The notes under the pieces: generated by a model | Told to the model about the DNA's origin: nothing | The model's input: the letters and a program-made list of their open reading frames with translations, nothing else | Databases searched by the model: none | In this document: positions 1-8,775 of the stretch, piece after piece | Position numbering within the stretch: position 1 is the first letter of the stretch | Layout: every line of letters starts with the position of its first letter | Assembly (NCBI GenBank): GCA_013043705.1 | Contig: JABDNS010000108.1 | Coordinates: 17 to 64,016 of the forward strand | Direction of reading: 5' to 3' | DNA: 64,000 nt | From: Pseudomonadales bacterium | Lineage (GTDB): Bacteria > Pseudomonadota > Gammaproteobacteria > Pseudomonadales > UBA7434 | Made by a program: the position numbers and the translations under genes

Positions 1-314
1 GATAAGGGCAGCAAGATGAGCAACAAATAGAGCACGCCGTGCCCTATTGAAGCTGCGCGCTGCGAAGTGGCTGACAAACCCGAAGCCACAGGCGCCGCCT
101 TGGTGGTGAAACGCCAGGTAATTCGCAAAAGCACAAGCAGCAGAACACTAAGCCCTACCGATTTGTGGCTGCCAAACAGCTTCACTTGCGCAGGGCCTGT
201 AGGCAAATCATTTGCCCAAAATCCCAAGGTGGCTGCAACAATAAGCAGAATCAGCGTTAGCCAATGCATAACGCGAACACCGCGGTTCCATGTTTGCGCG
301 CGCTCAATCTTCAT
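1..314 (-). CDS. Cytochrome b561 family protein, N-terminal part; the gene runs off the left edge of the window
   Basis: Not in the supplied ORF track because it has no stop in the window. My translation from ATG (complement of 312-314) gives MKIERAQTWNRGVRVMHWLTLILLIVAATLGFW...HKSVGLSVLLLVLLRITWRF...HGVLYLLLILLPL. This has the conserved His-containing TM helices typical of CybB-type cytochrome b561. Confidence 0.6.
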   Translation of the reverse strand, partial: MKIERAQTWNRGVRVMHWLTLILLIVAATLGFWANDLPTGPAQVKLFGSHKSVGLSVLLLVLLRITWRFTTKAAPVASGLSATSQRAASIGHGVLYLLLILLPL

Positions 315-353
315 GCAGTGAGCAAGCCTACAATAGCACTAGCGGTAAATGCT

Positions 354-3300
354 TCAAGGGCTTGCATTCGCGCCGCTTGAGGGCTGGCCATGTAATACTG
401 AAACGGCCGCCAGCTTAATATCTTTGGCTATGGTGAGCATCACCGGCACCAGGATCAATGTAATGCCGGTAGCGAAGAGAATACCAAAGCCCAGCGAAAT
501 CGACATAGGCACCAGAAACAGCGACTGTGTACTGGTGGCGAACATCATCGGCAACAGCCCGAAAAAGGTCGTCAGTGAGGTAAGCATGACTGCGCGAAAG
601 CGCTTTACACCCGCGTGTCGAACTGCCTCTTCATAGCTTTCGCCTTCGCTCCTCGCCAGGTTGAAAAAATCGACCAGCACCAGACTGTCGTTTACCACCA
701 CACCCACCAGCGCAAGCAATCCCATATAACTGAGCATGGTCATATCGTGACCCATAATGACATGCCCCAGCACTGCGCCAACCAATGCGAACGGAATGAC
801 CGACATCACGACAACGGGTAAAAAGTAGGAACGCAAGGGCAGTGCCAGCATACAATAAATAAAGAACAGCAGCGCCACCAGCGATACACCCAGCGATGAG
901 GTTGTGTCACGCTGCTCCCTTGCCTCGCCCTCTAGCGTGTAGGTAATGTCGGGATAGTTGGCCAATACGTTTTGCACATAAGCTTCAATGTCGGCGGTAA
1001 GCGCCACTGCATTAGTTTCACCTTTATCAAAGTCAGCGGTTACATCGACCACACGGTAGCGATCAATACGTGTAATTTGTGCAGGCCCGGTCGCTGGCTT
1101 CAAGGCCGCCAAATGAGACAGTGGTGCCTGTTGACCGCTGGGCAAATTAATCAGCATGCTATCCAGCGTTGCCAACGTACCTCGCTCCGAGCGTGGCAAC
1201 CTTACCAGCACACGCACATCATCGCGGCCACGCTGAATCCTTTGTGCTTCAAAGCCCTGGAAGGCCTGCGAGATTTGCGACAGCAATCCAGCGCGGGTGA
1301 GCCCAAGCACGCGCCCCTCATCCGACAACTCTACGTTGAGCTCCTGCTTGCCCTGGAAATAGCTGTCGCGAATGTCAAATACAGTAGGGTAAGTACGCAG
1401 GCGGTCTTTAATCTGGCTTGCTACGTCAGACAGCCTCTCGAAAGAATTACCGCGCAACTGTACGTGTACCGGGCTGCCTGTGCTAAAAATTTCAGAGCGA
1501 AACGCCAGCTCCTCGGCGCCAGGAATAACACCGATTAATTTGCGCATCTCCTTACTTAAGTCGTGGCTCTCTAGCGCAACCGGCCGCTTCTCCAGCGGGT
1601 ACATTTCGATTGCTACCTGGCCCAGGTGCGGCCCCGTATTTCCACTGCGCTGCGAACCGGTTACCGCGAGAATATGCTTGATTGCGCTTTCGCCGCGACC
1701 GTTGGTGTAGCGCTCCTGAAGAGCCCTGGCATGCTCGGCAATCTTTGTGATGTGACGGTCGGTTACTTCGAACGGCGTGCCCACCGGCATAGTGACCGAA
1801 GCGACCACCGTCTCGGCCGGAACGCGAGGCATAAACGTGAAACGAATCCAGCCACTGGAAAGCAGCGCTACGATGACGGCAAATACGCCTAAAAACCCTG
1901 CCAGCACAGCGTAGCGATTACGTAGCGCACCCAACAATATTGGCCCGTAATGCGTCAGGATTGCGCCTTCAAATCCATTTGAAATTTTGTACTGCCAACG
2001 TCGCCAGCCCTTATTGGCTTTATTAGGGTCCAGGGGTTTTAGATGTTTTAGGTGCGCGGGCAATATAAACTTGGTTTCGATGAGGGAAATAAATAAAACA
2101 GAAGCCACCACAACCGGCAATGGCGCAATCACACGACCTAAAAACCCTTCCATAAATGCCAGCGGCGAAAAAGCCGCTATGGTGGTTAAAACACCGAAAG
2201 TAACGGGTATAGCCACGCGCTGCGCACCGCGCGTGGCAGCCTCCACTCCGCTTTCACCGGTTTCCAGGCGAGCATAAATACTTTCACCGGTAACAATAGC
2301 ATCGTCGACAACCAGGCCAAGCACCAGGATGAAACCAAATACGCTCATCATATTAATGGTGATGCCAACTGCTCCCAGCACCATAAAACAGCCGATAAAA
2401 CTAATTGGAATGCCGATTACAACCCAAAACGCCACCGCCGGCCGGAGAAAAACTGCCAGCAAAATGACAACCAGTACGCCGCCTTGCAGCATATTGCGCA
2501 CCAGCGTTTCGATACGATTTTTTAAATAGGCGGAGTCGTCATCCCAATAACTTAGCGATATACCCCTGGGTAATAGCGCCTGCTGCTCTTCAATATAGTT
2601 TTTTACTTTCTTTGCAATCTGGATAACGCTTTGCGAACCAACACGCGACACGCTCACGAAAGCGCTGGACTTACCATCGAAATCGCTTTCAAGGCCGCTT
2701 TCACTAAACCCGTCATCAATATGCGCCACCTCGCCCAAGGTGATGACCGAGCCGTCGGCATTGGATCCAACAACGATCGTTGCGAAGTCATCCCGATGGT
2801 AAGCCTGGCCTTTGGAGCGGATCAGGATATCGCCACCCTCTGTGCGCACGTTGCCGGCCGACACATCCAGCGAGGCCTCCTGCACAGACCTGGCTACCCG
2901 CTCAAGCGTGAGACCATAATTGCGCAGCGTATCCTGCGCAATCTCGATGCTGACCTCGTATTCCCTAACCAAGCGCAGCTCTACCTGGCTAACATCACCA
3001 AGGCGCAAAATGTCCTCGCGCACCTGCTCGGCGTAAAACTGTATTTCGTCTTCTCCTGCATCGCCGGACACAACCACGTCGATAACCGGGAAATTAAATT
3101 GCTGCAAACTAATGACAGGCTTTTCTGCGTCAGCAGGAAACGTGTTGATAGCATCGATGCGCGATTTGATATCCGAGAGCATTTCCCGGGCATCGTAGCC
3201 GCGCTCGATTTCAATAATGGTTGAGGTAGCGCCTTCACGAGAATGGCTGGTGAGTTTCTCAATACCTTCAAGATCGTGAATCGCCTCTTCGATGCGCACT

Positions 3301-3488
3301 GCAACGCCTAATTCAATATCTTCAGGCGTTGCGCCGCGCAGCGCCACACTTATCGTTACTGTTTCGGGCTCGCTGGTGGGAAATAATTCAACGCTTACTG
3401 TTTGATAGAAAGCAAGGATCCCACCCATGATGATCGTAAACATGAGCAGGTTAGCGGCAACGCTATTTCTGGTGAACCATGCAATCAT
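354..3488 (-). CDS. RND efflux transporter permease (AcrB/AcrD/AcrF-type, 12-TM)
   Basis: The 1044-aa ORF has the typical N-terminus MIAWFTRNSVAANLLMFTIIMGG and two large periplasmic loops. The VVDDAIV motif sits in TM4. Its start overlaps the upstream adaptor gene stop by 4 nt. Confidence 0.9.
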   Translation of the reverse strand: MIAWFTRNSVAANLLMFTIIMGGILAFYQTVSVELFPTSEPETVTISVALRGATPEDIELGVAVRIEEAIHDLEGIEKLTSHSREGATSTIIEIERGYDAREMLSDIKSRIDAINTFPADAEKPVISLQQFNFPVIDVVVSGDAGEDEIQFYAEQVREDILRLGDVSQVELRLVREYEVSIEIAQDTLRNYGLTLERVARSVQEASLDVSAGNVRTEGGDILIRSKGQAYHRDDFATIVVGSNADGSVITLGEVAHIDDGFSESGLESDFDGKSSAFVSVSRVGSQSVIQIAKKVKNYIEEQQALLPRGISLSYWDDDSAYLKNRIETLVRNMLQGGVLVVILLAVFLRPAVAFWVVIGIPISFIGCFMVLGAVGITINMMSVFGFILVLGLVVDDAIVTGESIYARLETGESGVEAATRGAQRVAIPVTFGVLTTIAAFSPLAFMEGFLGRVIAPLPVVVASVLFISLIETKFILPAHLKHLKPLDPNKANKGWRRWQYKISNGFEGAILTHYGPILLGALRNRYAVLAGFLGVFAVIVALLSSGWIRFTFMPRVPAETVVASVTMPVGTPFEVTDRHITKIAEHARALQERYTNGRGESAIKHILAVTGSQRSGNTGPHLGQVAIEMYPLEKRPVALESHDLSKEMRKLIGVIPGAEELAFRSEIFSTGSPVHVQLRGNSFERLSDVASQIKDRLRTYPTVFDIRDSYFQGKQELNVELSDEGRVLGLTRAGLLSQISQAFQGFEAQRIQRGRDDVRVLVRLPRSERGTLATLDSMLINLPSGQQAPLSHLAALKPATGPAQITRIDRYRVVDVTADFDKGETNAVALTADIEAYVQNVLANYPDITYTLEGEAREQRDTTSSLGVSLVALLFFIYCMLALPLRSYFLPVVVMSVIPFALVGAVLGHVIMGHDMTMLSYMGLLALVGVVVNDSLVLVDFFNLARSEGESYEEAVRHAGVKRFRAVMLTSLTTFFGLLPMMFATSTQSLFLVPMSISLGFGILFATGITLILVPVMLTIAKDIKLAAVSVLHGQPSSGANASP

Positions 3489-4768
3489 GGCGTTACCAGG
3501 CTATTTTGTTGTTGCGCAGCGCTAGCTGGCAAGTCTTCGACAACTTTTACTGGTGTTCCCGAAACAACTTGCCCGATGGGTGTAACCACAAGTTGCTCGC
3601 CACCTTGCAGCCCTGCTTTAATCAACGCGTCCTGCTGGTTTTGCCAGGCGATCTCTATTCCACGCCGGTACACATGTCCATCTTCAACCAGGTAAACGAA
3701 ACTTCCCTGGTAAACGCTCTGCAGCGGTACCACGATTGCTTGCCCTAATTGCGTGCCCAGAATGTGCGCAGTGACGTACTGCCCTATGCGCGGCAAACTG
3801 GGGTGCTTTTCAAGCGAAGCATTGCCAAGCGTTTGTGCAGATTCGCTATCCGGCTTTTTGCCGTTAGCTTCGGTAACGTTTTGTTCGGCGCCAGTAACAG
3901 CAGGGCGCAATTCTGCTACGACATGCAGCTGCCGGGATGCATCGTCAATGGCAGCTTCAGTGCGGGTAAGATGCGCTGGCCATGCGGCGGATTCTCCGAT
4001 ACTGGATAGCAGCCGCACATCGGGCTCGTGTTCAGCGCTCGGCGCAACGCCATTCTCTAGCTTTACGTAAGCCAGGTCGCGGTTGCGTAGCGGCAGCCTT
4101 ACTTGCAACGCGTGGCTGGAATAAATTTCACCAAGCCGCTCATTCACGCTCACCACCTGGCCAAGGTCGACACTGCGCGCTAGTACGCGGCCACTGTAAG
4201 GCGCGCGCAGCACCGTTCGCGACAGATCCAGCTTGGCCTTGTCGAGGCTGGCTTCGGCCGACAGCACACCGGCCTTGGCCGCCAGCAACTGTGGCTCGCG
4301 AAGTACCAGCGAATCGGGCTCTCCAGATTTGCCGGAACGACGCCAGTCGTCCTTCGCCAGTCGGCCCCTGGCCTGCTCTTCAATCAGCACGCGCTTGGCA
4401 TCAAGCAAATTGGCTTCGGCAACCTTCAAGTTCGCGCGGTAATCGCGATTGTCGATACGCAGCAGTGCATCGCCTTTGTCAAAAGTCCTGCCATTCTCGA
4501 ACTGCTGGCTAACGTTTACGATTTGTCCGCCTACCTGGGCCACCAGGAAGCTTTTGGTAACCGGCTCAATACGCCCGTAACTTTCCACCACAACCTGGTA
4601 CTTTGCAGGCGTGACTGCCATGGTACTGACCGCCATTTGTAATCGCCGGTCGGCCGCATCACTGGGTTGCTTTGGCGGGTTTTTCACGATGAGTACTGCC
4701 ACCAGAATTAGAATGCCGATGATTAACGCGGGTACAACAAAGCGGCGCTTTAACATAGTAGATAACAA
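3485..4768 (-). CDS. RND efflux membrane-fusion (periplasmic adaptor) protein, HlyD/AcrA family
   Basis: The 427-aa ORF has an N-terminal TM anchor followed by coiled-coil and barrel-sandwich segments (ANLKVAEANLLDAKR...AKLDLSRTVLRAPYSGRV). It is translationally coupled to the permease. There is no outer-membrane factor or regulator gene in the operon. Confidence 0.85.
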   Translation of the reverse strand: MLSTMLKRRFVVPALIIGILILVAVLIVKNPPKQPSDAADRRLQMAVSTMAVTPAKYQVVVESYGRIEPVTKSFLVAQVGGQIVNVSQQFENGRTFDKGDALLRIDNRDYRANLKVAEANLLDAKRVLIEEQARGRLAKDDWRRSGKSGEPDSLVLREPQLLAAKAGVLSAEASLDKAKLDLSRTVLRAPYSGRVLARSVDLGQVVSVNERLGEIYSSHALQVRLPLRNRDLAYVKLENGVAPSAEHEPDVRLLSSIGESAAWPAHLTRTEAAIDDASRQLHVVAELRPAVTGAEQNVTEANGKKPDSESAQTLGNASLEKHPSLPRIGQYVTAHILGTQLGQAIVVPLQSVYQGSFVYLVEDGHVYRRGIEIAWQNQQDALIKAGLQGGEQLVVTPIGQVVSGTPVKVVEDLPASAAQQQNSLVTP

Positions 4769-5111
4769 GCCGGGTGAAGGTCGGGGATACAGCCCGATGG
4801 GAGTAATTGCTAGCCAAACACAATCGCCAAAGGGCTTCAGCGATGACTGCGCGCACTATTGTAGCGCCGGCGCAGCATAATGGAAGTTCCAGCCGATTAC
4901 AGATCAGCTAACATAGCGCCGGGATTTGGATTTACTTGTAGGCGCCTGTACTTGTAGCCGACTGCAGTAGAATTAGCGAAGGTAACGCAAACGTCAGTGA
5001 AGCAAGCGACGCACAAAAACAGCGCGCTTTGCACCGGGCAATTTTTGCAATGAAACGAACGGCTTGCTTCGCATCCGCGATGGGAAAGAATGGAGGTCGA
5101 GGAGCAATAAA

Positions 5112-5188
5112 TGGCGGACCGGACGGGACTCGAACCCGCGACCTCCGGCGTGACAGGCCGGCATTCTAACCAGCTGAACTACCGGTCC
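5112..5188 (-). tRNA. tRNA-Asp (anticodon GTC)
   Basis: The reverse complement reads GGACCGGTAGTTCAGCTGGTTAGAATGCCGGCCTGTCACGCCGGAGGTCGCGGGTTCGAGTCCCGTCCGGTCCGCCA. It folds as a cloverleaf with anticodon loop CTGTCAC and is near-identical to E. coli tRNA-Asp. Confidence 0.92.
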
Positions 5189-5212
5189 GATGTGCTTGAA
5201 AAAACAAAGCGT

Positions 5213-5288
5213 TGGTGGGTGGTACAGGGATCGAACCTGTGACCCTCGCCTTGTAAGGGCGATGCTCTCCCAGCTGAGCTAACCACCC
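5213..5288 (-). tRNA. tRNA-Val (anticodon TAC)
   Basis: The reverse complement reads GGGTGGTTAGCTCAGCTGGGAGAGCATCGCCCTTACAAGGCGAGGGTCACAGGTTCGATCCCTGTACCACCCACCA. The anticodon loop is CTTACAA. Confidence 0.92.
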
Positions 5289-5304
5289 CCGTTGAGAGCA
5301 GCGC

Positions 5305-5332
5305 ATTCTACCGAAAACGCCCTTCTTGTCAA
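5305..5332 (-). promoter_or_regulatory. Sigma70-type promoter for the tRNA-Val/tRNA-Asp operon
   Basis: The minus strand reads TTGACA-16 nt-TAGAAT, followed by the GC-rich discriminator GCGCTGC just upstream of the tRNA-Val 5' end. Confidence 0.45.
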
Positions 5333-5508
5333 ACCTTTAGAGCTGCTCTCAAGCACGATTTAATAGGCAAAAATTGCCTATGTTTGCGGGCTGCGCCCGG
5401 TAATTTCTGCTCGCGCCTCAAGCCCCCGCAAGCGTTCACACAGGTATACTGCCCGCCCGGCCCAGCCGCCAAAAAAACACTCGAAACAAATGACGAGATA
5501 ATTGCAAG

Positions 5509-5868
5509 ATGATACGACTATACAAAGAGTTCGGCTTTGAAGCCGCACACCGCCTGCCCAATGTGCCGGAAGGACATAAATGCCAGCGCCTGCACGGCCA
5601 CTCGTTTAAAGTGCGCATCGATGTGCAGGGCGATGTGGATCCGGCGCTGGGCTGGCTTGTGGATTACGCCGAACTCAAAGAGGCCTTTGACCCGCTGCAT
5701 GAGCAACTAGACCATCATTACCTGAACGATGTGCCGGGGCTTGAAAACCCGACCAGCGAGAATCTCGCCGTTTGGATATGGAACCGGCTGCAGCCTGACC
5801 TGCCGGGCCTGGTAAGCGTAGAAGTGAAAGAAACCTGCACTACGGGCTGTATATATACCGGTGGATAA
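5509..5868 (+). CDS. queD: 6-carboxy-5,6,7,8-tetrahydropterin synthase (queuosine biosynthesis)
   Basis: The 119-aa [38 protein letters not shown] carries the QueD/PTPS His and Cys motifs. Confidence 0.9.
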   Translation: MIRLYKEFGFEAAHRLPNVPEGHKCQRLHGHSFKVRIDVQGDVDPALGWLVDYAELKEAFDPLHEQLDHHYLNDVPGLENPTSENLAVWIWNRLQPDLPGLVSVEVKETCTTGCIYTGG

Positions 5869-6000
5869 AATGTGTGTAAATGTGCCTCTACTGGCGCAGT
5901 GCCTAATAGTGCAAGGCTACCCAACATAAAGACCCCGCACTTTCGCCCTTGCAACTAAATCCATATGGTTGAAGCGCCCGCTTACCATTCAGCAGATATG

Positions 6001-6035
6001 TTATCCACAGGCTTTGCCTATATCATTGTGGATGA
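6001..6035. promoter_or_regulatory. Pair of inverted DnaA-box-like 9-mers
   Basis: TTATCCACA (6001-6009) is a perfect DnaA box consensus. TGTGGATGA (6027-6035) is the reverse complement TCATCCACA, with one mismatch. The two boxes are 17 bp apart in the queD/nitroreductase intergenic region. Confidence 0.4.
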
Positions 6036-6091
6036 TTAGCGTTGGCGACCCACATCTACCGCCGCAAACCCCTCGCGATGCCAGCCCGCGC

Positions 6092-6649
6092 TTACGTCCA
6101 GTTTAAAAAATAATCACTGCTGTGGTGCACTGGTGGCTGCTTGCGCGCCGCTGGCGCCGAGCCCAAATAAATAAACCCCACGATATGCTGGTTTTGCTCA
6201 AGGCCGATGTCGGTCATAAAGCTTCTATCAAAACTTAAGGCACCGGTTCGCCACATTGCGCCATAACCAAGCGCATGCGCGGCCAAAAGCATGTTATTTA
6301 CCGCCGCACCCGCCGATAACCATTGCTCAATTTCGGGAACTTTTGGATGCTCTCGAACGAGCACCGTGGCGATGACAAGCAGCGGCGCCCGCAGCGGTGA
6401 CTTGAGCCGCTTACTGCGCGCGGCGTCTGGCATATCCGGGTCACGCCGCAATGCGGCCGCTAACATTTTTTTACCCAGCTTCGCGCGCGCGGAACCCTCT
6501 ACACAATAAAATCGCCAGCCGCGCATCGCTGCGTGATCAGGCGCGCGCAACGCCGCCTGGAAAATGGCCTCCCGGTGCACTCCGGTCGGTGCGGGCTCAG
6601 CGAGACGAGGGTGGGATACCCTGCTATGAAGTGCGGTAATGGCGTCCAT
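6092..6649 (-). CDS. NAD(P)H nitroreductase, YdjA-like
   Basis: MDAITALHSRVSHPRLAEPAPTG...APDHAAMRGWRF...FRAPLLVIATV...GFIYLGS is collinear with E. coli YdjA as I recall it. The start is placed at the internal Met that matches the YdjA N-terminus; the ORF is open up to 6670. Confidence 0.8.
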   Translation of the reverse strand: MDAITALHSRVSHPRLAEPAPTGVHREAIFQAALRAPDHAAMRGWRFYCVEGSARAKLGKKMLAAALRRDPDMPDAARSKRLKSPLRAPLLVIATVLVREHPKVPEIEQWLSAGAAVNNMLLAAHALGYGAMWRTGALSFDRSFMTDIGLEQNQHIVGFIYLGSAPAARKQPPVHHSSDYFLNWT

Positions 6650-6742
6650 TAGAAAAAGAACCGGCAGCAAAAAATGCCAGTCTAACAGAAGCTAATTTAG
6701 TGGGAAAAAGAATAAATAAAGACGGCTTATAGAGGAAGCTGG

Positions 6743-7252
6743 CTAAGCGCTGTTTTCCAGCTCGGCAATATGGTCGGCGCTAAACCCACGATACTGCAGA
6801 AATCGTGCGCGGGCTGCCCTGCTTTTAGCATCGCAGGCGGGCAATGCGCCAAACTTTTTATTGCGTGCGGCTAGCGCGTTGTCTTGCCAATTGCAACGGG
6901 ACCCGTTTATTGCCGCTTTGGCCAACTCGTCGCGCACCCCGCGTTCACGCAATTCGAGTAATATCCTTTGCGGCCCAAAACCGGCACTGCTGCGATGCCG
7001 GACATAAGACTCGGCAAAACGCTCATCACTGAGCAAACCTTCGTCAGCAAGTTTTTCCAATGCCTCGTCGATCAGTACATCATCGGCAAACTTAAGCATT
7101 AGGCGACGACGCAGTTCAAGCCTGGCATATTCCCTGCGGGCCAACAAATCCATTGCGCCGCGACGAATCACCGCTGATTGCGTTTTCACGCTTTCTTGTG
7201 GGTTGCTTTGCTGGTGCATAACGAGGGCTGAGATATTCAATAGATCCGGCAA
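6743..7252 (-). CDS. recX: Recombination regulator RecX
   Basis: The 169-aa helical-repeat protein lies directly downstream of recA. The sequence AMDLLARREYARLELRRRL...RFLQYRGF is typical of RecX. Confidence 0.85.
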   Translation of the reverse strand: MPDLLNISALVMHQQSNPQESVKTQSAVIRRGAMDLLARREYARLELRRRLMLKFADDVLIDEALEKLADEGLLSDERFAESYVRHRSSAGFGPQRILLELRERGVRDELAKAAINGSRCNWQDNALAARNKKFGALPACDAKSRAARARFLQYRGFSADHIAELENSA

Positions 7253-7303
7253 TTAAGTTGCGCGCTGCAGCACGAGGCCGCAGCGCGCGGCCATGGCAAT
7301 GGC

Positions 7304-8341
7304 TTAATCGATCGCTTCGAGCTCGCCAACCTCTTCTTTTTTCGCCTGAGGACTCGGGATCAATAGCTGATCGCGAATTAACTGCTCGATTTCATCAGAA
7401 ATCTCAGGGTGCTCGACCAGGAATTTAGCCGCGTTCGCTTTACCCTGGCCGATACGATCTGTTTTATAGCTGTACCAGGCACCGGCTTTTTCAACCAGGC
7501 CTTGCTTCACACCCAAATCAATAATTTCGGCCTTCTGGTAAATACCTTTTCCATACAGAATCTGGAATTCGGTTTGCCTGAAAGGCGGTGCAACTTTGTT
7601 TTTCACCACTTTGACGCGGGTTTCATTACCAATCACTTCGTCGCCGTCTTTAACCGCGCCAATGCGTCGAATATCCATGCGAACAGACGAATAGAATTTC
7701 AACGCGTTGCCACCAGTGGTGGTTTCCGGGTTACCAAACATAACGCCGATTTTCATGCGAATCTGGTTAATAAAGATGACCATGCAGTTAGAGCGCTTTA
7801 TGTTGCCCGTAATTTTACGCAGCGCCTGCGACATTAACCTGGCTTGCAAGCCCACGTGATGGTCGCCCATTTCGCCTTCAATTTCCGCTTTCGGCGTTAA
7901 CGCCGCCACTGAGTCGATGACGATGACATCGACCGCACCGGAGCGAACCAGCATGTCGGTGACTTCAAGCGCCTGCTCTCCAGTGTCGGGCTGTGAGACC
8001 ATCAGAGCATCTACGTCGACGCCCAGCTTTTCAGCATAACTTGGATCCAGTGCGTGCTCGGCATCGATAAACGCAGCCGTGCCGCCGGCTTTCTGGCACT
8101 CGGCAACCACCTGCAATGTTAATGTAGTTTTACCTGATGATTCCGGCCCGTAGATTTCTACCACGCGCCCCTTCGGCAGGCCGCCTATGCCCAGCGCGAT
8201 ATCAAGCCCTAAAGAGCCGGTGGAAATGGCGGGCATGGCTTCGCGCTGGCCGTCACCCATGCGCATGATGGTGCCCTTGCCGAACTGGCGCTCAATTTGA
8301 GAAACAGCGGCGTCGAGTGCTTTTTTACGGTTATCGTCCAT
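7304..8341 (-). CDS. recA: Recombinase RecA
   Basis: The 345-aa ORF has the Walker A motif [10 protein letters not shown] and is unmistakably RecA throughout ([30 protein letters not shown]). Confidence 0.98.
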   Translation of the reverse strand: MDDNRKKALDAAVSQIERQFGKGTIMRMGDGQREAMPAISTGSLGLDIALGIGGLPKGRVVEIYGPESSGKTTLTLQVVAECQKAGGTAAFIDAEHALDPSYAEKLGVDVDALMVSQPDTGEQALEVTDMLVRSGAVDVIVIDSVAALTPKAEIEGEMGDHHVGLQARLMSQALRKITGNIKRSNCMVIFINQIRMKIGVMFGNPETTTGGNALKFYSSVRMDIRRIGAVKDGDEVIGNETRVKVVKNKVAPPFRQTEFQILYGKGIYQKAEIIDLGVKQGLVEKAGAWYSYKTDRIGQGKANAAKFLVEHPEISDEIEQLIRDQLLIPSPQAKKEEVGELEAID

Positions 8342-8521
8342 TTTTGACCTCTATTCTGCCACGCGGGCAGTGAGTTGAGCCTATGAGTAGGGTTATTTGC
8401 ACGGCTGGCAGGGCGGAGCGGCGTATTGGCTGAAAGCGGCGCGTTTTATTACGCCTGCAACAACTGCAATACAACATATCCTGCGGCTCCCTGGGCTTAT
8501 CCCTGGCCCGGCAGGTATGCG

Positions 8522-8563
8522 CGACTCACTATAACGACTCACTATAACGACTCACTATGGGAG
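8522..8563 (+). repeat. 13-bp tandem repeat x3 (CGACTCACTATAA) matching the phage T7 promoter core; the last copy runs into GGGAG
   Basis: Direct reading gives gCGACTCACTATAaCGACTCACTATAaCGACTCACTATGGGAG. Repeat copies start at 8522, 8535 and 8548. Confidence 0.9.
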
Positions 8564-8669
8564 TTGCGCGGCGCCCTGATTGCTGAGTTGCTAGGCAAAT
8601 CAGCCATACTGGCAATCGTAAACGGCGTGTGCGCTGTTCAACATATGGCCAGCTGCCGCACCGATCACT

Positions 8670-8689
8670 TACTGTATATTTAACCAGTA
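8670..8689. promoter_or_regulatory. LexA (SOS) box
   Basis: TACTGTATATTTAACCAGTA compares with the gammaproteobacterial consensus TACTGTATATATATACAGTA. The CTGT-N8-ACAG core has one mismatch. Confidence 0.6.
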
Positions 8690-8706
8690 GTTTTGCGCTT
8701 TGGCAA
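8678..8706 (-). promoter_or_regulatory. Candidate sigma70 promoter overlapping the SOS box (probable recA promoter)
   Basis: The minus strand reads TTGCCA-17 nt-TTAAAT. The -10 element and spacer lie inside the LexA box. This promoter implies a recA leader of roughly 330 nt. Confidence 0.4.
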
Positions 8707-8775
8707 GTCGCCAGGGAAATTTTGTGAAAAATGGCAGGCGAGCATACCGCCGCTATTTGCAAACACCCGGTCGCG

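Noticed and set aside
8522-8563. Whether the 13-bp tandem repeat could be a miniature CRISPR array.
   Set aside because: The copies are directly abutting with no spacers, the units are far shorter than CRISPR repeats, and no cas genes are in the window.
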